Source of the DNA: a virus
Lineage: Duplodnaviria; Caudoviricetes
Length of the DNA: 39,521 nucleotides
Virus record (IMG/VR): IMGVR_UViG_3300030376_000661
Coordinates: 1-39,521 of that record
Reading direction: 5' to 3' (one strand)
The translations under genes and the position numbers were made by a program. Below the pieces are notes generated by a model. The model was not told where the DNA came from and did not search any database. It was given only the letters and a program-made list of their open reading frames with translations. Positions 24,377 through 34,437 of this stretch are shown one piece after another. Within the stretch, counting starts at the first letter, position 1; each line of letters opens with the position of its first letter.

Positions 24377-25942
24377 ATGGAATACATGGATAACAATTTT
24401 ACGCAAGATACAGCGAAACAGCGTTATTCAAAATTAAAACAACACAGAGAACATTTCTTAGATAGAGCAGAAGAATGTGCTGAAATAACAATTCCCTCTC
24501 TTATTCAGCCTGAAGGCTTTACTGCAACTTCTGATTTATATAACCCCTTCCAATCCGTAGGAGCTAGGGGTGTCAACAATTTAGCTTCTAAACTTTTATT
24601 ATTATTACTTCCCCCTAACTCTCCCTTCTTTAGACTATCAATAGCAGGAAAAGCTAAACAAGAGTTAGACCAAAATAAAGAGATGAAGTCAGACGTTGAA
24701 AAATCTTTATCTATTATTGAAAAAGAAGTATCAAATAAAATAGAACAACTTGCATTAAGAGTATCTGTATTTGAAGCATTAAAACATTTAATTGTTTCAG
24801 GTAACGTACTTACATACTTACCTAAAAAAGGAAGCATGAGAGTATTTCCGTTATCACAATATATTTGTCAAAGAGATAGTTCAGGAAATGTTTGTGAAAT
24901 TATTATTCAAGAAAAATTAAGTATCTTAGCTTTAGGTGATGACATTGCGGCACAAATAATGGCTAACCCTGAATATAAAAAAGATGAAGAAATAGAATTA
25001 TATACTCATATCTATAAATTAGATGACAAGAAATTTTATGTTTGTCAGGAAGTAAATGGTATTAAAATTCCTGAGTCTATAGGAACATTTAATAAAGACC
25101 GTATGCCTTATCAAGCATTAAGAATGGTTAGAGTTGATAATGAAGATTACGGAAGAGGATATGTAGAAGAATTTTTAGGAGATTTAAAATCTTTAGAAGG
25201 ATTGTCTCAATCATTAGTAGAATCTGCGGCGGCTTCAAGTAAAGTTATATTTCTTGTAAGACCTAATGCAGTAACTAGAAAAAAAGATTTATCAATGAGT
25301 AGAAATGGTGACATTATTACTGGAAGTAAAGATGACGTTACTGTTTTACAAGCAGAAAAACAATATGATTTACAAGTTGTAGAAAGAACAATACAAAAAT
25401 TAGAAGAAAGATTATCTTATGCTTTCTTATTACACACAGCAATTCAAAGAGATGCTGAAAGAGTAACAGCACAAGAAATTAGATACATGGCTGAACAATT
25501 AGAAACAGCTATGGGTGGTATATATTCATTATTATCACAAGAATTTCAATTACCATTAGTAACTATTCTTATGAAAAGAATGGAACAAGCTAATGAGATT
25601 CCATCATTACCTGAAAAATCAGTAAGACCTACTATCATTACTGGTATTGAAGCATTAGGTAGAGGAAATGATTTACAAAAATTAAGAGAATTTGTTGCAG
25701 AGATAGGAAATCTTGCACAAATAAATCCGCAAGTTGTTCAGGCTTTAAACCCAGATGATTTAATTAAGCGTATCGCTACTGGTTTAGGAATTGAAACAGA
25801 AGGTTTAATAAAATCACCAGAACAATTAGCACAAGAGCAGGAAGCTCAAGAAGAGCAAATGCAAAACGAGCAGATGATGCAGATGGCTGAGAAAGCTGTA
25901 GCACCAGTTGCTAATAATGCGACTAAACCGCAACCACAATAG
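24377..25942 (+). CDS. Portal / head-tail connector (T7 gp8-like)
   Basis: QSVGARGVNNLASKL, EDYGRGYVEE, AERVTAQEIR, GIEALGRGND. Confidence 0.97.
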   Translation: MEYMDNNFTQDTAKQRYSKLKQHREHFLDRAEECAEITIPSLIQPEGFTATSDLYNPFQSVGARGVNNLASKLLLLLLPPNSPFFRLSIAGKAKQELDQNKEMKSDVEKSLSIIEKEVSNKIEQLALRVSVFEALKHLIVSGNVLTYLPKKGSMRVFPLSQYICQRDSSGNVCEIIIQEKLSILALGDDIAAQIMANPEYKKDEEIELYTHIYKLDDKKFYVCQEVNGIKIPESIGTFNKDRMPYQALRMVRVDNEDYGRGYVEEFLGDLKSLEGLSQSLVESAAASSKVIFLVRPNAVTRKKDLSMSRNGDIITGSKDDVTVLQAEKQYDLQVVERTIQKLEERLSYAFLLHTAIQRDAERVTAQEIRYMAEQLETAMGGIYSLLSQEFQLPLVTILMKRMEQANEIPSLPEKSVRPTIITGIEALGRGNDLQKLREFVAEIGNLAQINPQVVQALNPDDLIKRIATGLGIETEGLIKSPEQLAQEQEAQEEQMQNEQMMQMAEKAVAPVANNATKPQPQ

Positions 25943-25953
25943 AGGAAAAATAA

Positions 25954-26727
25954 ATGGTAGAACAAGTAGAAATAAAACAAGAAGAAACTACTAGCGAAAA
26001 GCCAGTAGAGGAGAAACAGTCTACACAAAGTGTTCAAGGTTTACCAGAAAAATTTAAGTCAGTTGAAGATTTGGCTAAAAGTTATTCTGAACTTGAAAAG
26101 AAACTTGGTGAACAATCTCCAAAAGAAGAAGAAGTAGACCCAGTAAATAAGGCTACTTTAAAAGAAGGAGAAGAAGCTCCAAAACAAGAAGAACAAAAAA
26201 ATGATTTAAACATAGCTGAGAAAGCTGTTGAAAATGCAGGGTTAGACATGGATAGTCTAGCTTCTGAATATGCAGAAAAAGGTCAGTTAGATGAAAAATC
26301 ATACGAAGCATTAGAGAAGTCAGGTATTCCAAAAGAATATGTTGACCAATTTATTGCAGGACAAAAAGCTATAGGCGACCAACAAACTTCTACTATAAAA
26401 AATATGGTAGGTGGTGTTGAGGCTTATGATGAAATGTCAAAATGGGCTTCTGATAATATGACTGACGGTGAAAAGAAAGCATATAATCAAGCAGTAAATA
26501 GTAAAGATATGGATACTGTTAAATTAGCAGTTGACAGTCTTAAAGCTAAATATGAAATAGCTAATGGTTCAGACCCTAAATTAGTACAAGGCAAAGCTAC
26601 ACCTTCAGGAGAACAAGGTTACGAATCTTGGGCTGAAGTAACACAGGCTATGTCTGACCCTAGATATTCTAAAGACCCTGCTTATCAAGCGGCGGTTAAA
26701 ACTAAAATATCTAATTCAAAGTTATAA
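25954..26727 (+). CDS. Capsid scaffolding protein (T7 gp9-like)
   Basis: Acidic; KFKSVEDLAKSYSELEKK, AMSDPRY..DPAY. Confidence 0.92.
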   Translation: MVEQVEIKQEETTSEKPVEEKQSTQSVQGLPEKFKSVEDLAKSYSELEKKLGEQSPKEEEVDPVNKATLKEGEEAPKQEEQKNDLNIAEKAVENAGLDMDSLASEYAEKGQLDEKSYEALEKSGIPKEYVDQFIAGQKAIGDQQTSTIKNMVGGVEAYDEMSKWASDNMTDGEKKAYNQAVNSKDMDTVKLAVDSLKAKYEIANGSDPKLVQGKATPSGEQGYESWAEVTQAMSDPRYSKDPAYQAAVKTKISNSKL

Positions 26728-26729
26728 TT

Positions 26730-26987
26730 ATGTTTTTATACGCTTTGAAAAAACAGTATGAAGCTGAACAAGCTGAACATACAGCAGTGATTGACACCTT
26801 CCTGCAAAAACCAATAGGTGTTGCCGACCACGATAATTTTATGAAAATTTTAAGAGAAAGATTTGATAAATTAACACACGTGGAATGTTCTTTAAAAAGA
26901 ATAAAAGACATAGAGGAGAAAGCTAATGGACAAAAAGAAACCGAAAACAAAACCAAAAACGAAACCAAAGCCGAAACCGAAAAATAA
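26730..26987 (+). CDS. Hypothetical protein
   Basis: 85 aa; PIGVADH motif; starts 2 nt after the scaffold stop. Confidence 0.6.
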   Translation: MFLYALKKQYEAEQAEHTAVIDTFLQKPIGVADHDNFMKILRERFDKLTHVECSLKRIKDIEEKANGQKETENKTKNETKAETEK

Positions 26988-26997
26988 AAAATATTAG
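26926..26997 (+). CDS. Candidate overlapping 23-aa Lys/Pro-repeat peptide
   Basis: MDKKKPKTKPKTKPKPKPKNKKY* with a GAGGAG SD at ~26913. Confidence 0.5.
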   Translation: MDKKKPKTKPKTKPKPKPKNKKY

Positions 26998-27004
26998 TTG
27001 TGCA

Positions 27005-27086
27005 ACGCTTATGCGTGGCAACTGCCATCAACAGTTTAGCCAAATAACTTGACCTACTGCGGTAGACAATCTTGACTAAATAACTG
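27005..27086 (+). promoter_or_regulatory. Structured leader upstream of the major capsid gene
   Basis: Hairpins ACGC/GCGT and TGGCA/TGCCA, plus an imperfect long stem TTTAG-CAA/TTG-CTAAA capped by CTAC-TGCG-GTAG. Confidence 0.5.
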
Positions 27087-27137
27087 AATTGAAGAGGCTT
27101 TTATAAACTAAGTCATACAATCACAAAGGAGAATAAT

Positions 27138-28115
27138 ATGGCAAACGCAAGTCCAGTTTCCGTTGGACGAGTAAATGCAGGTGGTTCAGAAGACGCATTG
27201 TTTTTAAAAGTATTCGCAGGAGAAGTTTTAACTTCTTTTGACAGAGCTTCAAAAACAGCAGGTGCAGATATGGTAAGAAGTATCTCATCTGGTAAATCAG
27301 CAACTTTCCCAGTAATGGGTAGAGTAGCGGCGGCTTACCACACAGCAGGAGCAGAAATCAACGGTTCTGATGTAAATCACAACGAAAAGGTTATTACAAT
27401 TAATGACCTTTTAATATCTTCAGTGTTTTTATCAAACATTGAGGAAGCTAAAAACCATTGGGACGTAAGAAGTGCTTACTCGCAAGAGATAGGAAGAGCA
27501 TTAGCTTTTACTAAAGATAAGCATATCTTACAAACTATTGGTCAAGCATCATTAGCATCAGCTAACGTATCTGACAGTGGATATGGAGCAGGTTCAACTA
27601 TCACTAATACTGGTATCGCATCTGCAACAGACGCTACTGCGGCTAACGCTATGATTGATGCACTATTTGGTGCGGCAAAACAATTAGACGCAAACTACGT
27701 TCCTTCAGAAGGCAGAAAATGCTACATGAGATTGGAAGAATACTACAAATTAGCAAACGCTACAAATGCAGTGAATGTTGATTTCAGTGGTAAAGGTTCA
27801 ATCGCTGAAGGTAAAGTGCTTAAAATTGCAGGTATTGAATTAGTACCTGTGGCACACTTTGTAAGCTCTAATGTAAACTCTGGTGTAGACCAAGGTTCAG
27901 CAACAGCAGGTGGTTCTAACCCTCAAGCGGTTAATCTATCTAACTATGTTGCTCTTGTATCTCACCCTTCAGCAGTAGGAACTGTTAAGCTAATGGATTT
28001 AGCTGTTGAAAAAGAGTACGACATAAGAAGACAAGGTACGTTAATGGTTGCTAAATATGCTATGGGACATGGTGTATTAAGACCAGAAGCGGCTGTAGGT
28101 ATTAAAGAAGCGTAA
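27138..28115 (+). CDS. Major capsid protein (T7 gp10-like)
   Basis: ALFLKVFAGEVLT, SGKSATFPVMG, EKVITIND, KYAMGHGVLRPEAA. Confidence 0.98.
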   Translation: MANASPVSVGRVNAGGSEDALFLKVFAGEVLTSFDRASKTAGADMVRSISSGKSATFPVMGRVAAAYHTAGAEINGSDVNHNEKVITINDLLISSVFLSNIEEAKNHWDVRSAYSQEIGRALAFTKDKHILQTIGQASLASANVSDSGYGAGSTITNTGIASATDATAANAMIDALFGAAKQLDANYVPSEGRKCYMRLEEYYKLANATNAVNVDFSGKGSIAEGKVLKIAGIELVPVAHFVSSNVNSGVDQGSATAGGSNPQAVNLSNYVALVSHPSAVGTVKLMDLAVEKEYDIRRQGTLMVAKYAMGHGVLRPEAAVGIKEA

Positions 28116-28140
28116 TAGTTTCTTTACTATTAATTAGATT

Positions 28141-28165
28141 AGGGGGAGTCAAATCCCCCTTTTCT
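28141..28165 (+). terminator. Intrinsic terminator after the capsid gene (T-phi-like)
   Basis: AGGGGGA-GTCAAA-TCCCCCT followed by TTTCT. Confidence 0.85.
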
Positions 28166-28185
28166 ATATTTTAAACAAAGGAAAA

Positions 28186-28794
28186 ATGACAACACAAATT
28201 ACACCAACTACTGAGTTACAAGCAGTTAATATTATGTTGAGTACAATTGGAGAAGCTCCAGTAAACTCAATTACAGGAACAACAACTGTAGATGTATCTG
28301 TCGCTAAAAATATTCTTGATGAAACATCTATGTCTATTCAATCTCAAGGTTGGAATTTCAATACACATACGAATTATAAATCATTATCTTTAGATAGTGA
28401 TAACAAAGTCCCATTACCTGCAAACTGTGTAAAAGCAGATGCAAACTCACAATACAGACACTTAAACTATACAATTAGAAACGGATTTCTATACGATATG
28501 GAAAATCATACTGATGTATTTACAAGTGCACCTAGTTCAGTTGACATAGTCTTAGTTCAACAATTTGAACATCTCCCAGAATATGCAAGAAGATACGTAG
28601 CAATGAAAGCCGCTAGAAGATTTGCTTCAAGATTTATTGGGGATAAAGAAATTACACAATTAATTGGTCAAGATGAAAATGAAGCATTAATGTCTTTTCA
28701 TCAAGCAGACTCACAAGAATCAGATATTAATATTTTAAATGGAGACTCTAATACTTTCTCAATAATTAACAGAACTACTAGAAGGACATACTAA
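28186..28794 (+). CDS. Tail tubular protein A (T7 gp11-like)
   Basis: TELQAVNIMLSTIGEAPV, QSQGWNFN. Confidence 0.95.
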   Translation: MTTQITPTTELQAVNIMLSTIGEAPVNSITGTTTVDVSVAKNILDETSMSIQSQGWNFNTHTNYKSLSLDSDNKVPLPANCVKADANSQYRHLNYTIRNGFLYDMENHTDVFTSAPSSVDIVLVQQFEHLPEYARRYVAMKAARRFASRFIGDKEITQLIGQDENEALMSFHQADSQESDINILNGDSNTFSIINRTTRRTY

Positions 28795-31283
28795 TGGGCG
28801 GTGTTGTATCGCAGTCTATACCTAATTTTCTCAATGGTATGTCTCAGCAGACACCTACTCAACGAGGAATAAATCAAGGGGAAGACCAAGTTAATTTTGC
28901 AAATAGTATTGTAGAAGGTTTATCTAAAAGACCTTCACTAGACTATGTAGCAACTTTAGACGCAAGTAATGTTTATCCCAACACAACAAAATTTTGGTCA
29001 ATTCAAAGAGATGCTTCTAATCAATACATTGTAGCATTATACAATGGTGGTATTAAAGTATTTGATTTAAATGGTAATGCAAAAACTGTTACTGTAGCAA
29101 GTGGTTCAAGTTATTTAACTTCAACTAATCCTAAAGATAATTTTAAATTAGTTAATATTGCAGATTACACATTTATTGCTAACACAGCAACAACTGTATT
29201 AGCTGATAGTACAAACTCTGCGGCTAAAGTAGAAGAATTTTTAATTAATATTAAATTAACTAACTATGGTAGAGAATATAAGATAGCATTAAAACACCCT
29301 AACATGGCACAAGAGTTAGAAGTACAATTTCAATTACCTTCTGGTAATGACGCTTCTACTGATAGTAAATTTAGAGATACAGATAAAATTAAAGATATAC
29401 TTTTATATGGGACAGGAAGTGCACATTGGAATGGTTCGGCTGACGGTATTGGTTTTAAAACAGTAAGAACAGATACAGGAGCAACAGTTTCTTCAAGTCA
29501 AGGACTAGCAAATTATTCTGGGTTTACATCTCATTTTACTTTTGAAAGTTATGATTCTGTAATTTATGGAAAGCCAACAGATAACAATGCTAATTACACT
29601 GTTTCAACTTCTGACGGTTCTGGTAATACAGGTATGTACTCTATTAGAGATAAGATACAAGATTTTGCTAAGTTACCGTATTATGGAAAAGTTGGTGTTA
29701 TATTAAAAATTACTGGTGATGAAGGTGATTCATTGTCTGACTACTATGTTAAATTTGATGGTAATGGTGTTTGGAATGAAACTCTAGCACCTGCTACTTC
29801 TGTAGGTTTAAATAATTCTACAATGCCACACGCATTGATTAACAACAATAATGGAACATTTACTTTTCAAGAATTAGATTGGACTGATAGGGTTTGTGGA
29901 GATATTGATACAAATGCTAACCCAACTTTTGTAGGGAAGAAAATAAATAATTTAACATTTTACAAAAATAGATTAGGTATATTATCAGGAGAGAATTTAG
30001 TATTTACAGAAAATGCTTCTTTCTTTAATTTCTTTGCAACAACATCTACACAAGTTTTAGACACTGACCCTATTGATATTGCGGCTTCAGGTACACAAGT
30101 TAATACACTTAAAAACTCTGTAGGATTTAATGAAAGTTTATTATTATTTTCTGATACAGCACAATATAAATTAGATAGCTCAGGTGAAACTATATCACCT
30201 ACTTCAGCTAAACTTGATGAAGTGTCTTCATTTGAACATGATGATAAAGTTACACCAGTTTCAGCAGGTAAGTTTGCTTACTTTGCACAAGCAAGAAATA
30301 ATAATACAGCAATAAGAGAATATTTTGCAGATGATGATACATTAACAAATGATGGATTAGACATTACCGTATCAGTACAAAGTTTAATACCAACAAATAC
30401 GTATCAAATTGTAAGTAATACAACAGAAGATACACTTGCAGTGTTGACTTCTGATACAGCAGATTCACAAACTGCACCATATTCAGGTACAGCTTCAGCT
30501 ACAAATGCTAATACAATATTTCTTTATAAATATTTCTTTGACAGAGGTGAAAAAGTGCAAACATCTTGGTCTAAGTGGACATTTTCAGGTGTTAAGATTT
30601 TAGGAATTATGTCATTAGAAAGTTACTTATATGTAATGGGAGCTGAAGGCACAACTACAAAATTATTTAAAATAGATTTAAGAAATTTAAAAGACACAAC
30701 ATTAGGACATGGTGTTTATTTAGATTTAAAAGCGTCAGTTTCAGGAACGTATGATGCCGCAACAGGTTTAACTACGTTCACATCACCTTATGGTGCAAAG
30801 ACAGGATTAATAGCAGTAGATAGAACAAATGGTGCTAACTACACAGCTACCAATACAAGTGGTTCAACATATACAATACAAGGTAATCATACCTCATTAT
30901 ATATTGGTGTTCCATTTTCTTCTCTTTATAGATTATCTACACCATATATAAGAGAAACTACTGGTAGAGGGCTATTATCAATTACCGCAGGTAGGTTTCA
31001 AATTAGAAACATATCTTTAAATTTTGAAAATAGTGGATTCTTCAAAGTAGAAGTAACACCAAATAATAGAGATAAATCTACAACTATAATGAATGGTTAT
31101 GTTATTGGAACAGCAACGTCAGTTATTGGACAACCTGCAATTAACTCAGGAACATTAAGAGTTCCAATACAATGTAGAAACACAGAATTTGTCATGGATA
31201 TAAAAAGTGATTCACACTTACCAGTGTATATTGCTGATGCCGAAATAGAAGGCTACTACCATGCACGTTCAAAAAGGATTTAA
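28794..31283 (+). CDS. Tail tubular protein B (T7 gp12-like)
   Basis: VSQSIPNFLNGMSQQ, TMPHAL, FYKNRLG, DPIDIA, QTSWSKW. Confidence 0.95.
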   Translation: MGGVVSQSIPNFLNGMSQQTPTQRGINQGEDQVNFANSIVEGLSKRPSLDYVATLDASNVYPNTTKFWSIQRDASNQYIVALYNGGIKVFDLNGNAKTVTVASGSSYLTSTNPKDNFKLVNIADYTFIANTATTVLADSTNSAAKVEEFLINIKLTNYGREYKIALKHPNMAQELEVQFQLPSGNDASTDSKFRDTDKIKDILLYGTGSAHWNGSADGIGFKTVRTDTGATVSSSQGLANYSGFTSHFTFESYDSVIYGKPTDNNANYTVSTSDGSGNTGMYSIRDKIQDFAKLPYYGKVGVILKITGDEGDSLSDYYVKFDGNGVWNETLAPATSVGLNNSTMPHALINNNNGTFTFQELDWTDRVCGDIDTNANPTFVGKKINNLTFYKNRLGILSGENLVFTENASFFNFFATTSTQVLDTDPIDIAASGTQVNTLKNSVGFNESLLLFSDTAQYKLDSSGETISPTSAKLDEVSSFEHDDKVTPVSAGKFAYFAQARNNNTAIREYFADDDTLTNDGLDITVSVQSLIPTNTYQIVSNTTEDTLAVLTSDTADSQTAPYSGTASATNANTIFLYKYFFDRGEKVQTSWSKWTFSGVKILGIMSLESYLYVMGAEGTTTKLFKIDLRNLKDTTLGHGVYLDLKASVSGTYDAATGLTTFTSPYGAKTGLIAVDRTNGANYTATNTSGSTYTIQGNHTSLYIGVPFSSLYRLSTPYIRETTGRGLLSITAGRFQIRNISLNFENSGFFKVEVTPNNRDKSTTIMNGYVIGTATSVIGQPAINSGTLRVPIQCRNTEFVMDIKSDSHLPVYIADAEIEGYYHARSKRI

Positions 31284-31774
31284 TGATTAAAGAAAAGTAT
31301 GTACGTCCTGCAATATTAGCAGATGCGTTGGAGTTAGCTCCTAAAATGAAGGCAGAAGACAGAGCAGAAATATTAGCATCAAATAATGCTAGTCCATTGA
31401 AAGCTCTGGTTGAACCTTTTACAATGACAAATAGTAAAATTTATAGTATTATTGGTACAAAAGATGAAGGTGTTATAGGCATGTTTGGAAGTTGTCCTAG
31501 TCAAATACCTGAATATGGTGTTGTCTGGTTATTATCTAGTAATGACTTATACAAACATACAAGACAATTTTTAAAAGAGTGTCCTTACTGGGTTACTCAA
31601 ATGAGTGAAGGATTTGAATACGTTTATAATTTTGTAGATAAACGAAATTGGAAAACTTTAAAATGGTTACAATTTTTAGGATTTGAACCTAAAGAAGAAA
31701 TTAAACAATATGGGCATGGTAAATTACCATTCTTATTAATGATGAAGGAGAAAAGTAAACAAAAAAATGTGTGA
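31283..31774 (+). CDS. Internal virion protein A (T7 gp13-like)
   Basis: Position after gp12; VWLLSS, NFVDKRN...KWLQFLGF. Confidence 0.8.
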   Translation: MIKEKYVRPAILADALELAPKMKAEDRAEILASNNASPLKALVEPFTMTNSKIYSIIGTKDEGVIGMFGSCPSQIPEYGVVWLLSSNDLYKHTRQFLKECPYWVTQMSEGFEYVYNFVDKRNWKTLKWLQFLGFEPKEEIKQYGHGKLPFLLMMKEKSKQKNV

Positions 31775-32300
31775 TGTAGTTACAGCATTAAAAGTAGGAA
31801 CAGCGATATATGACCATCAAAGTAAAAAAGCTGTAGCTAAAGGTAAAATTAAAGCTAACAATGAAACAAGAAAAAATGCTGATGCAAATTATTTAGCTAA
31901 CATTGCTAAAATTGATAATGAAAAGAATGAAGCAGATATGCAAAAATCTAAAGAAATATTTAAAAATACTTTAGCTAAAAAAGCAGAACAAGCTACAGGT
32001 TTAAACTTGGGCTTTGGTAATGCCACAAAAATACTTCAAAGTGTTAGTGGTAAATATGATATGTCTTATGCAGATATACTTGATGGCTACAGGTCAGACC
32101 TGACTGGTCTAAGAGGAGATGAATCTTCTGCTTATGCAAACTTAGTTAAAACTTATAACAGTATTAAACCAGTGACAATGCCTAGTAGAACAGGACTTGC
32201 ACTACAAATAGCTACCTTGAGTGCTGAAGGTGTTATTAAAAAAGATGCTAACACAGCACCAGAAACAGGTAAAGCACCTGAAAATTGGGACGACTTATAA
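31767..32300 (+). CDS. Internal virion protein B (gp14-like)
   Basis: MCD start, Ala-rich, synteny. Confidence 0.7.
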   Translation: MCDVVTALKVGTAIYDHQSKKAVAKGKIKANNETRKNADANYLANIAKIDNEKNEADMQKSKEIFKNTLAKKAEQATGLNLGFGNATKILQSVSGKYDMSYADILDGYRSDLTGLRGDESSAYANLVKTYNSIKPVTMPSRTGLALQIATLSAEGVIKKDANTAPETGKAPENWDDL

Positions 32301-34429
32301 TGGCTTATACAAAACAAAGAACTCAAAAATATTTTGATTCGTTTAATAAAGGATATGTGGCTTCATCTAACGTATCAGACGCTACTGAACTTGTAGATGT
32401 TTTACAAAAAAGCACACTTCCTACCTTAGATAAAATCCAAAATTACAAAATAGATAAATCAAAAAACGAAGCGGCACTGAAAATTCAATCCCTAGAAACA
32501 GCAGGGAAAGATAGTAAAACAATTTTAAATGAAATAAAAGATGGAAAGCACCCTGATTTAGTGGGTACATACGTAGATAAAACAGTTCAATATCATTTAG
32601 GAAGAGTTGAAGCTAATAAACAAATGGATTTAATTACAAAATCTATAGAAGCAGGAGATTATGACTTTAAAACTGATAACTTAAATAATTTCTTTAAACC
32701 TTATTTAGATTCACAAGATTTTGATAATAAAGATGATTCTTATGCTTTAGGATTTGCTTCAGAGTTTACAGCTTTTAAATCTAAATTGATGACAAAAGAT
32801 GCTGAAGATAGAGGTAAATTTAATTATGAAACAAAGATACTAGATGGAATTGCAATGGTTAAAAATATAACTGATGCTGAAATTAAAGATGGTTATTTTG
32901 AAAAATTAAACTCTCTTCAATATGATATGATTGGTGCTGATGGTAAAACTGTTTCAAAAATGTATAGTAATGACATGATAAATCAAATAGCATTAACACA
33001 TGTAGAGAATATAATGAACAATGCAACTCATTCAAGCGAAATTCAAAAAGCATTTTTAATATTAAAAGCTAATAGAGGAAATGATTTACCTTCTTTTTTC
33101 AATAGTAATAAACCTGAACACGCAGAACTTAAAAAGCAATTATTTGCAAAGCAAGTATCTTTAGAAAACATAGAAGCCACTAGAGAAGATAGAGAAAAAA
33201 GTACCGCTATTGCTGATGCTACAAAAGAATACCTTAATGAATCAGACCCAGTTAAAAAAGCTAAACTTAAAGAAGAATTTATTAAAAAGCATGGTGATTC
33301 CGCTTCTGTTTTCTTACAAGATGTTAATGCGGCAGAGTCATTGACTGAAGATACAGACCAAGTAAAAGCAATACAGAAAGATGTAGAATTAGGAAAATAC
33401 AATTATAAAATAGATGAGTTAAATGAAGCTCTGAAAGGTATAAAAATATCTACTGCTAGTAAAGAAAAAATATTAGATAAATTATCTGCGGCAGAACAAA
33501 CACAAAATGCTTATTACACACCACCAAGAGAAAATGAAAAGTATAAACTTAAATTAAAAGAAGTTACTTCATTGTTAGCCGATAAAATTAAACCTAAAAA
33601 CAGTAAATTTGATACAGGTAAAACAGAAGTTCTTGTAGCAGAAATAGTAAAAGATGATTTTGGTGACGCATGGCAAGAATGGAATGAACAATTCCCTAAA
33701 CCGCCTAGAACAGCATCATTTGAAGTTAGAAACCAATGGGAAAAAGATGCACAAGAATTTTTAAATAATGAATTTCTAAATATAATGAAGAAGTATGACA
33801 ACAAAAACTGGACAGATGCTATGGAAATTAAAATGGAAAACATGTCTATGTCAGAGTTCTTTGATGAAGGAGAAGGTTCTCAAGTACAAGACTTCTACCA
33901 AACTGAAATTAGAAAAATAACTGATAACTTTGACTCAGAAGATATTGAAGCATTAAAAGCAGAATCACAAAAAGATTTAATACCTATATCTGAATTATTA
34001 AAATCTGAACCAGTAATACAAAAATTATTAAAAAGAGGTATTAATATATTTTCTGATGATGAAAGTACACCTAATGTTGATGAAGGTGAAACAATAATAG
34101 AACAAATTTTAGATAACTTAGGTATTAACAATGTTGATTATACAGATGACTTAAATGCTATTAGAGATAACATAATTAATTTTAGTGAATCAATTGATTT
34201 ACCTGCACTTCAAGAAGGAATGTTTGATTTCTTTACAGACAAAGATGAGAAAAGTGAAGAGGCTCAAGGTAAAGCATTTATAGAAGGATTGTCTACTATA
34301 CTACAAAGACCTGTATCTTCTCAATTTTTCAACAGTAATATGACTGAATCAGATAAAGAATCAATAGCAAAAATATTTAATATTAACTCTAGTCAACTAG
34401 ATGAATTGGTTGCTAAGTATTTACAGTAA
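32300..34429 (+). CDS. Internal virion protein C (gp15-like)
   Basis: ~709-aa helical protein; synteny; TAATG-coupled start at 32300. Confidence 0.7.
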   Translation: MAYTKQRTQKYFDSFNKGYVASSNVSDATELVDVLQKSTLPTLDKIQNYKIDKSKNEAALKIQSLETAGKDSKTILNEIKDGKHPDLVGTYVDKTVQYHLGRVEANKQMDLITKSIEAGDYDFKTDNLNNFFKPYLDSQDFDNKDDSYALGFASEFTAFKSKLMTKDAEDRGKFNYETKILDGIAMVKNITDAEIKDGYFEKLNSLQYDMIGADGKTVSKMYSNDMINQIALTHVENIMNNATHSSEIQKAFLILKANRGNDLPSFFNSNKPEHAELKKQLFAKQVSLENIEATREDREKSTAIADATKEYLNESDPVKKAKLKEEFIKKHGDSASVFLQDVNAAESLTEDTDQVKAIQKDVELGKYNYKIDELNEALKGIKISTASKEKILDKLSAAEQTQNAYYTPPRENEKYKLKLKEVTSLLADKIKPKNSKFDTGKTEVLVAEIVKDDFGDAWQEWNEQFPKPPRTASFEVRNQWEKDAQEFLNNEFLNIMKKYDNKNWTDAMEIKMENMSMSEFFDEGEGSQVQDFYQTEIRKITDNFDSEDIEALKAESQKDLIPISELLKSEPVIQKLLKRGINIFSDDESTPNVDEGETIIEQILDNLGINNVDYTDDLNAIRDNIINFSESIDLPALQEGMFDFFTDKDEKSEEAQGKAFIEGLSTILQRPVSSQFFNSNMTESDKESIAKIFNINSSQLDELVAKYLQ

Positions 34430-34437
34430 GGAAATAA

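Noticed and set aside
28080-28140. T7 10B-like capsid frameshift extension
   Set aside because: Tandem stops and a terminator follow immediately; no extended alternative frame.
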